From the NCBI GenBank assembly GCA_965112735.1, contig OZ218962.1, positions 2,480,001 through 2,544,000 of the forward strand: 64,000 bases of DNA, in the 5' to 3' direction. How positions within the stretch are numbered: position 1 is the stretch's first letter; each line of letters starts with the position of its first letter. The translations under genes were made by a program, and so were the position numbers. Under the pieces are notes generated by a model, which was given only the letters and a program-made list of their open reading frames with translations, was not told the DNA's origin and searched no databases. The DNA comes from Phaeosaccion multiseriatum (taxonomy: Eukaryota > Protista > Ochrophyta, other classes). Below are positions 55,265 to 64,000 of this stretch, piece by piece.

Positions 55265-58200
55265 ATGGTATCCCGAAGGGTGCAGGCCACAGTTTTACTG
55301 TATACCACGAAGCCGGTCGCTTCTGGATATTCGTCCGCCGCTGCTGTTGGAGACAGAAATCATGCCTTGGCTTTTGGAGGCAAACCCGCAAAGCCTTTGC
55401 AAAGAGCGCTCTCAACATTCATTGGAAGAAAGAGACCGCGGGGAGAATGTACCAACCATCAGACGGCCAGACGGTCTCGACGTGCAAGACCCTACGGCAG
55501 CGCACCTGGCCGAAGCGACCTCTCCTTTGTTCGTTGCTCGTTTGCCTTCAATGCCCCTCGCGGGGGGAGCAATACGCTCAGCAGTAGTGGCAGCAGCAGG
55601 AGCAGCATAAGCGGTATCAGTGGTGGCGGTGGGGAGGTTCACCTGTATATCCGGCAAGGGCTGAAATGCGGAGGATGCGTTTCCAAGGCAGAAGGTAAGG
55701 GCGAGTGGGAGTGGGAGTGGGGGGGATGGCCCACAGTCAGGAGCGCTTCGGCAATAAGAAGTAAAAGGGCGGAAGCCTTTTTTGGTAGTGTGGATAAGCA
55801 TCTGAACCCTGACCCTGACCTTGACCTTCGTGTGCTGCTGCTCTCACGTAACACAATTCTCCTCGCGGAAGCGGCACTTCTGGGCGTGGCAGGCGTAGAC
55901 AAGGCTGCGGTAGATCTCCTCACGGGCCGAGCTACAGTCACCTTCAAGCATCAGCAAGGCTTGCCCGAAGAGCAACTCTCCCTCCCCCAGCCTGGCGATC
56001 CTTCAGGTAGTTGGGCCTCTGTTGCCTGGCGTGGCGTCTCTCTCTCTCTCTCGCATGCTCTCTCTTTTTCTTTTACTGGCTCGCGCGCTCTATCTCTCTT
56101 TCTTTCGCTCTCGCTCGCTCTCTCTTCTCTCCCTCTCTCTCTCTCGCTCTCTCTCCGTCCTTTGCCATTCGTCGCATTTAGGCAGCCTCGCCTCCGAATC
56201 CATGCAAAAACGCGCTGTGCCCCTCCCCACTTGCATTGAATGTTTGGTATGTACCCAAGAGAAAACATACGTAAGTGATGAATTCTCTCTCTCTATGTGT
56301 GTCTACTCGCGCTCTCTACCAGCTTCCCTCCCGGGGCCAGGAGACGTGCTTGTCGCCGCGCTGTCGAGGTCCGGGTTTGAGGCCGTCGAGCTACCTCCTT
56401 ACAGCAGCAGCAGCATGTCCCACGGAACTGGCACTGACACTGGCACTGCCTCTGCGCTGGATAGGCTCAGGGAGGAGCACAGAGAGACGCGCCGCAGAGT
56501 GCTCATGAGTGCGGGTGAGTGATTCAATACAGGCGCCTAGGCGAGAAATAGAGGAACGTAGGCTAGAAAGAGTTGACCCTGACGTATTATATACACGCCT
56601 TCTCGGTGGCATGCTACTGGTCTCCGGCCGGTAGCAAGTAGCACGTCGGCTGACGCCGGCGGTAGCAGGTACCACTTCAGGGGTCGAAAATAGTAGTGGA
56701 GAGTGAATGAATATAGGATGGATTTGTAGCAGCCACCCTTTCCTTGATTCTTCTCTCTTCGCCCACCCCTCCCTCTCCCTCTCTCCTTCCCCACCTTCGA
56801 TCCTTGTTTCCTTCCTTCCTTGCTTGCTTGCTTCTCTCTCTCCATGTGAGTAGGGCTGGTGGGTGCGGCAGGCTTGGGGCATGCGGCTCATGTGTGGGGC
56901 TCTCTCCACGAGGTATTGCCCGCCTTCCTGTCCTCGAATACGTTCCAAGCAGTGCTGGCGACGCTCACGTAAGTTAAGGAAAGAGGGAGGGAGAGGAAGA
57001 AGTGAGATCGAGAGAGAGGCAGACAGACAGAGAGAGAGGTGGAGGAAGGAAGGGAGGGAGAGAAAGAGAGAGAGGAAGGGAGGGTGGAGCGAGAAAGTGC
57101 CATCTGCTCTATGGGCAAACAAGAAGGCCTGTATTCGGTGCTAACACCTCCTCCGCCTTCTCTTCCCCTCCTCCCCTCCCCCCCCCTCCTCCTCCTCCTC
57201 CTCCGTACCCTCTCCTCAGCCTCGCCGGCCCTGGGCGGCATATCCTTCGGGACGGCTTTGCCAGCTTGGGTCGCGCGAACCCCAACATGAACAGTCTCGT
57301 AACCATGGGCAGTGTGGCTGCCTACGTGTCCAGTCTCTCCGCCTGGCTGGGATTGCTCCCCGGGGGGCTCGGGGTGCACCCCGTTTGCTTCCACGAACCT
57401 GTTATGCTAATTGGAGCTATCCTGGTAAGCGGTAAGCTTGCTTCGTTACCCACCTCACCTCACCTCACCCACCACCCACCCACCCACCCACCCATTTTGT
57501 ACACACATTTATTGTGTAGGTCTAGTGCTCTCTTGCTTAATGCACCCTTTTGCTAAAACCTTTGTCCTTTTTTTCCCCCCTCTACTGTCCATTTCCTTGT
57601 CTCGTGCTGCATGCATCTATACCACCTACGTACCTACATACGTATATCTCCAATGTCATCTCATCTCACCTGATCGCATGTCTCTGCCCATATGCCTGCC
57701 TTCCAACACAACCATTAATATTATAATTATTATTATTAGCTCGGCCGCTCTCTGGAGGTGGGCGCTAAGCTGCGGGCCAGCTCGAGTCTCCAGGCCCTCC
57801 TGAAGCTGCAGCCCTCCACCGTCACGCGCATCGTGTCTCACTCCACAAGAGGGGTAGCACGAGGAGGAGGAGGAGGAGGAGGAGGAGGAGGTGGTGGAGC
57901 AGCAGCAGAAGGAGGAGCAGGAGAAGGAGGAAGAGGGGGAGGAGGAGGAGGAGGAGGAGGAGGAGGAGGAGGAGGAGGAGGAGGAGGAGGAGGAGGAGGA
58001 GGTGGTGGAGCAGCAGCAGAAGGAGGAGCAGGAGAAGGAGGAAGAGGGGGAGGAGGAGGAAGAGCAGCAGCACCACCACGACCAGCAGCAGCAGTAGGAG
58101 GAGGAGGAGTGGAAGTATTCGAAAGTGTGCCCCTGGAAACCGTCGCCGTCGGAGATGTGGTCCTCGTCCACCCCGGGGACCGCATCCCTGTTGATGGAGT

Positions 58201-59068
58201 TGTTGTCTCAGGTTAGAGAGTCTCAGTGCCCCCCCTCGCCCCCTGGGCAGGCATCGGAGTCTCAAGCAACGCGTGCCCCTTTTTCCTCTCCCCTGATCTC
58301 GCTCGCTCTCTCGCTGTCTCTCTCTCTCTGTGTGCGTGTCTCTCTCTCTTTGATGCCCTTTCCCCTGCACACACGCACACACACACACATATATATATAC
58401 ATATATATGTAGGCGCCGCTGCCGTGGACGAGTCAAGCGTCTCCGGAGAATCCAATCCCGTGCGCAAGCAGGAGGGTGAAACCGTCACTTCCGGCTCCCT
58501 CCTCCTCGGAGACGGCTCGTCCCTATCCATCCGAGCCTCGGCAGCGGGAAGCGAGGGTATGATGAGTCGAGTAGTGCGACTTGTAACAGCCGCGCAGCTC
58601 TCCAAGCCAAAGGTTCAGCGGTTGGCGGATGCCATTGCAGGTCACTTCTCGTGGGGGGTGCTCGCTGTGGCCTGTGGAACGTTCTTCGGCTGGGGACTGT
58701 TCTCCCCCGCCTCCGCCTCCGTTGCTGCTGCAGCTGCTACTGCTGTTGTGGAAGGCTCTTGGATGATGGGCTTCAACGTTAAGTGCCATCTCCCCCCCTT
58801 ACTAGTCGTATCCCTCGCCGAAATGGACTTTTGACTTTCTTTACTGTGAGAGGCCTGCCTCGGCGTGTGGTTGCATAGTATATGCCAGGGTGTTGGTATA
58901 GTATCGTATATGCATCACATGTAAGCACGCACGCTGCTCACCACTCATCTCACGTACACGATGCCCCGCTATTCATCGCCTCCGTTGGTCCACTCACATG
59001 TAAGCACGCACGCTGCTCACCACTCATCTCACGTACACGATGCCCCGCTATTCATCGCCTCCGTTGGT

Positions 59069-59132
<64 letters not shown>

Positions 59133-61156
59133 ATACACACACGACCTATACACACTCCACATTCGTATCACTGACTCACAGCGGGCGGTGGACGTCCTCG
59201 TTGTGGCCTGTCCCTGCGCCCTCGGCCTGGCCACTCCGACGACGGTCATGGTGGGCTCGGGCTTCGCTTCTCAGCAGGGCATCCTCTTTCGGGGAGGGGC
59301 AGACACTATTCAGAACTTAAGAGGTCAGAGAGTGGGGGGGGACGGGGGGGTGAGCGTGGGAGGGGCGAGGGGAGAGGGGAGAAGGAGGAGGGGAGAGAGA
59401 GGGGAGGGAGGAGAGGGACGGGAGGGAGAGTAGTAGATGCGATGCATCGAAAGAGGAAAGAGAGTGGGTGGGAGTGGAAGGGGGGGCTTTTATTGACTCA
59501 CAGGAATCACATCTTTTGCAGGAATTAACCTAAGAATTACGTATGTGTGTGTGTGTGTGTGGGAGGGAGGATGCATGCGCGGTGCCGTTCATTGCAACTG
59601 TCACGCCACAGTGGTCGCGTGTGTGCCATTCTCACGTCTCACTTTTCTCGCTCGATGCGTCGAGGGGTCGATGGATCGATACTTGATGCTCGGCATGTTG
59701 CTCCCTCCCTCCCTCCCTCCCTTCCCTCCTCCCTTCCTTCCTTCCTTCCTTCCTCACTTCTAATGCTGTCCCTCCACTGTGCTTCAAAGATGTCCAAACC
59801 GTGGTCTTCGACAAAACGGGTACGTACGTAAGAGTCTGTACGATATGGGTATTATGTGTGGGTACGTGTGTTACATTGTGTGACTGGTGTCAGGACCCAC
59901 TGATGGGGCTGGGAGGATGGCAGCATCATCGTAACTACACATCCATGCCCGTATCCGCCTCTGACACACACACACACACGCACGCACGCACGCACGCACC
60001 TACACACACACGTGCGCACGCACACACGCACACACACGTACGTACGCACACAAACGCACACACACACACGCACGCCCACACACGCACACACACACGCTAC
60101 ACACAAGGCACGCTCACGACAGGCCAGGCCCGGGTAGAGCACGTGGAGTGCTTCGGTGCTGGCGCCATGACCCGACACCAGGTACTGGCCTATGCCGCCG
60201 GAGTCGAGGCTTCTTCAAAGCATCCTTACGCCTACGCCATCATCCGTGCATATGCAGAGGAGGCGGGGGGTGCAGCAGAAGGAGGAGGAGCAGAACGAGG
60301 AGGAGGTGGAGGGGGGGGATATAGAGACGACCTTTCGCAGGACGAGGGGGGGCAGTCAACATTGATATCGACCTCGATATCCACAGGGGAGGGGTTACAA
60401 CCGCCACCGTCGTCGGACTTCGTAAGCGAGGCAGGGCGAGGAGCAACAGCTCGGGTTGGGGTAGGGGTACTGGGGGGAGGAGGGGAGGAGAAAGCGGTGG
60501 TGATGGTGGGGAGTGCGGCCTATCTGCGAGAGAAGGGAGTACGCATCTCGTCCGAGGAGGAGGAGGGGAAGGCAGGACGAGGAGGGGAAGGCGGTGCATC
60601 CAAAGGTGAGGGGAAGAAGAAGGGCACAAGAACCAAAGGGCTCTCCCTCAAAAACTCAAACTCAAAGCTTTACCGCTGCTTTCCCTGCCTCATCCCGCGT
60701 GGCTTGTCTTGCCCTTCTCCTTGTGGTGCAGTGTTTGTGAGCGTTGACGGCTCTCTTGTGGGGGCTTTGAGTCTCTCTGATACCCTGCGAGCTTCCTCCG
60801 CTGCGGCGGTTGAGCATCTGCGTCGTCGAAATCTGTCAGGGGGTCTGTCAGCCCGGGGCGTGAGAGTGTGTATGCTTACCGGAGACTCACCAGCAGCAGG
60901 TACAGTACGGGGAGTCTTTCACTGTTTCTTTATGTCGCATTCCCCCCCCCCCCCTTCCTTGCTTGTCCCACTACAACGCACCATCTGCGACCATCTGCGG
61001 GCCCTTTTTTGCCATCTGTTGCCATCTGTTGCCACCTGCCCAGCTCTGAAAGTGGCCTCTCAGCTCGGCCTGCCCGCAGAGGACGTGCGTGCGGGGTGCA
61101 GCCCCGAGGACAAAGCGGCCTTCATTCGAGGCCTGAAGGTGGGATAGCCCCCCTCC

Positions 61157-61196
<40 letters not shown>

Positions 61197-62170
61197 CAGA
61201 GTGTGTAGTGTGTGTGTATGGGCCTGTGCGGATGTGTGAGTGTGTGTCTGTGTGTTTCTGTGTGTATCTCCCTCTCCCTCTCTCTCTCTGTATGTGTGAG
61301 GTGTGAAGCAGGCTTTTGTCTTCTCTCGTCCGTGTCGTGCGCAAACTTGGAGCGAATGTCTTCTCTTCTCCTGTGCTGCTCTCCGTACTACCAACACGCC
61401 CACCAACACGACGAGTACGCGTGCTACCCATATGACTGCCTTGTTGCTGTCTCACCTTCCAAGGCGGAGTACCAGGACAGCAACCAAAAGAAGGGGCGGG
61501 AATGGGGGGCGGGCGCAGCAGGAAGGACGCCCTTAGTCGCTTTCGTCGGGGACGGTATCAACGACGCGATCGGTGAGGGATGAAGATGCACGAAGGCCAC
61601 GAATGAGCCGAGCTGGGGTGGGGTGCCTGCGAAGGGGTGCTGAATCCTCCGAACACCGAACCTTGAGCCCCCCACCCTCGCCCTCACCCTCACCCTCACC
61701 CTCACCCCCCTCACTCTCTCCCTGACCCTGACGCTGCCTCTGTCCTTGAACTCACAGCTCTGGCGGAGGCCGATGTGGGTGTGGCAATGCGCAGCGGGTC
61801 AGACCTGGCAACCGAGGGGGCCGATGTTGTGCTAATGCACAGCGATCCCCTTGACTTGTGCAAGGCCCTCACCATCAGCGACAACACTATGCGTACAGCA
61901 GTCGCCAACCTCGCTTGGGCTCTAAGCTACAACGCCGTCTGCCTGCCCGTGGCCGCTGGGCTTTTCGCCATCATGCCCCTCACCCCTGCTGCTGTATCAC
62001 CAACTGGTGTACTGGGTGGCGTTTTGGCTGGGGCAGCGCTGGGTCCTGCTCTAGCAGGAGGTTTAATGGCGGCGTCTTCTGTAACTGTCGTGTGGAACGC
62101 CGTGCTGTTGCGCTGGAGACTCGCTCGAGAACTTTCCAGGAAGTTTCCTCTTTCTCGGCACAAGGAGTGA
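55265..62170 (+). CDS. P1B-type copper-transporting ATPase (HMA/CopA/PAA-like), multi-exon
   Basis: HMA domain [77 protein letters not shown] and MAASSVTVV. The CPC/YN/MxxSS set is the P1B-1 Cu+ signature. Confidence 0.95.
56573..56687. mobile_element. MITE copy (115 bp) in an ATPase intron
   Basis: Ends TTGACCCTGACGT and ACTTCAGGGGTCGA. Flanks AAAGAG/AAATAG (6-bp TSD, one mismatch). The internal GGTAGCAAGTAGCACGTCGGC is identical to 48900-48920. Confidence 0.8.
58916..59072. repeat. 79-bp exact tandem duplication in an ATPase intron
   Basis: CACATGTAAGCACGCACGCTGCTCACC...CCGTTGGTCCAC occurs twice, 79 bp apart. Confidence 0.9.
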
Positions 62171-62339
62171 GGAGTTGTATCGTGGGAGAAGAAAAGCACA
62201 CAACACAAAATAGACACCCCACAAAACAGAAAGGAGTTTTTTTGATGTAGTTTTGGTAGCCCCGCTCCCCCCCCCACACCAGGAGGGGTGGGGTGGGAAA
62301 CCGGGCTTTCGTTTATATGTAAGTCATTATTTATAGCAT

Positions 62340-62765
62340 CCTCCCACTCGGGAGGGTAGGAAACTCTGAAAAGCGTAAGGGAACGCACAATTCAGTAGAG
62401 AGACGGACGGACAGACAGACAGACAGACAGACAGCTAGAGCCCTCCCGCAATCGGGAGGGTGGAATCTGAAAGGCGTAGGGAACGCACAACTCAGTGGAG
62501 AGGCACATAGACAGACAGGCAGATAGACAGACAGACACACAGACAGTGTCAGCCAGCGAGCCAGGCACCAGCCCGACAGAACAAGGCAGCCTTACAAGGC
62601 CGTCGTCGGAGAGGGAGGAGAGTGATTCGTCGCGCATTCGCCACCTAGCACAAGCGCGCAAGTGTGCTTCGCTGGTACCACCCAAGCAGGCTCGGCAGGT
62701 GAACTGGAGCCTCTCAAGACACTGGAGGAGTCTTTTTTCGCGCTGCTGGTGCCCTGCTGCTCTAC

Positions 62766-62797
<32 letters not shown>

Positions 62798-62878
62798 CCT
62801 CCCCCTCCCCCCGGCTCCCCCTCCCACACTTAGGAGGGCAGGAAACTGAAAGGCGTAGGGGTTACGAACAACTCAGCC

Positions 62879-62930
<52 letters not shown>
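62340..62930. repeat. Three diverged ~60-bp direct repeats, each followed by (GACA)n
   Basis: CTCCC..GGAGGG..GAAA..CTGAAA(A/G)GCGTAGGG..ACAACTCAG at ~62340, ~62442 and ~62820. Confidence 0.8.
62594..62729 (+). pseudogene. Inverted, decayed copy of the cyclin last-exon 3' end
   Basis: The plus strand reads ARKCASLVPPKQARQVNWSL; the cyclin on the minus strand reads ERKFASLVPPKQALQLDWSL. The DNA matches the reverse complement of 62933-63075. Confidence 0.85.
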
Positions 62931-62944
62931 CATCCTCCGTATCT

Positions 62945-63284
62945 TTAGAGGCTCCAGTCCAACTGCAGAGCCTGCTTGGGCGGCACCAGCGAAGCAAACT
63001 TGCGCTCCTCGGTGCTGTATCTGCGGCGAACGACGCCTCGGCTGATCTCTCCTCCCTCTCCGAAGACGGACTTGTGTACGCGATGCAAGTCTTGCACGCA
63101 CGCACGCACATCGCCGAGCTCGAGCTTCATCATCAGAAGCTCCTTTCCCTCGCGGTCAGTGCCGATACAGCTGGTACTGCTCCTGCTACCATCACCGCCA
63201 TCACCCCTCCTTCCGCGGCCACTGCTGTCGCCGTAGCTGCTGCTGCCATCGTAGTTGCTAGTGCTACTGCTGCTGCTACTACTG

Positions 63285-63318
<34 letters not shown>

Positions 63319-63962
63319 AGCCTGTCACGCTTGTGAAGGCGACGCTGGAAAGCTCCTCAGGCCAATACGGCATATCGAGTAAGTAGAGGGCGAGCACAAA
63401 GCAGCCAATGGCCACCACAGACGGACGGTAGCTGCTGGTGACCTGTGGTGGGCAGAGAGAGAGAGAGGAGGTGGAGCGAGGTAGTGCAGAAGGGGGAGGG
63501 GCCGCGAGAGGGGGACAGACAGTGAGAGGGAAAGAGAGAAACAGAGCGGCCCTTGTGGTTAGTGCGATGCTGGAAGGAAGGAAGGAAGGAAGGAAGGAAG
63601 GAGTCTACCCATACACGCATCGCACCCCCCCTACAATTGTTCTTTGTCTTCCTCCCGTCTGCCTGTGCCCCATTGGCCCATGTGCCTCTGCTTGCCCTAC
63701 CTACCATGCACTACCTACCATGCCCTGCATCCCCTACCCTCCCTGACCCTCTGCCCTTCCCTCCCCTCTCCTCCCCTCCCCTCACCTGAATGTCCCCCAG
63801 AGAGGCCTCAGCAATGAACATACTCAGGTACAGCACCCTTCCCTCCTGCATGCGTTTGAGCGCGTCACAAGCCTCCACCGCCAGTCGGAGGAAGTCCAAC
63901 GAGGTGGGCACCACGAGACGAAAGTGTGTGGTGTTGAGGACCTGCTCCTCCATGTCGAGCAC
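62945..63962 (-). CDS. Cyclin (A/B-like), 3' part only; the gene continues beyond the window
   Basis: VLDMEEQVLNTTHFRLVVPTSLDFL...LYLSMFIAEASL, YRPSVVAIGCFVLA...W, DVRACVQDLH and VRRRYS...ASL form the end of the cyclin box and the cyclin C-terminal domain. Confidence 0.88.
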
Positions 63963-64000
63963 CTGAACAAGAGGGGCGGGAAGAAAGGAAGGAAGGGAGG

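Noticed and set aside
57854-58097. Gly-rich ATPase insert as an in-frame intron
   Set aside because: The candidate donor (phase 0) and acceptors (phase 1) are incompatible and the frame stays open, so it is treated as coding.

Overview
Gene-dense, intron-rich eukaryotic DNA with GT-AG spliceosomal introns that are packed with microsatellites. Bipartite signal-plus-transit presequences with an A/G-F cleavage motif point to an alga with a secondary red plastid. It is probably a stramenopile, possibly eustigmatophyte-like; this is inference. I spliced about 15 protein-coding genes by hand: a plastid-targeted hypothetical protein, 2-isopropylmalate synthase, an LCM-family SAM methyltransferase, a TBC Rab-GAP, LAMTOR3, a RecB-family PD-(D/E)XK nuclease with a probable organellar presequence, a RAD51D-like paralog, a Shewanella-like phosphatase, a fibrillin-like protein, an ELO elongase, a 65-aa conserved-looking protein, two tandem single-pass membrane proteins sharing a split Cys-rich motif (one fused to two redox-inactive thioredoxin folds), a P1B Cu-ATPase and the 3' end of a cyclin. 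Most ORFs in the supplied track are microsatellite artefacts. The most notable findings are four. First, a MITE family with TCGACCCCTGAC-type TIRs and 6-bp TSDs (three two-ended copies and one orphan end). Second, a giant-virus/phage-type nuclease with introns, head-to-head with RAD51D. Third, two long fold-back structures built from inverted coding sequence. Fourth, a split Cys-rich repeat protein pair. Exon boundaries are manual predictions; no database searches were run.
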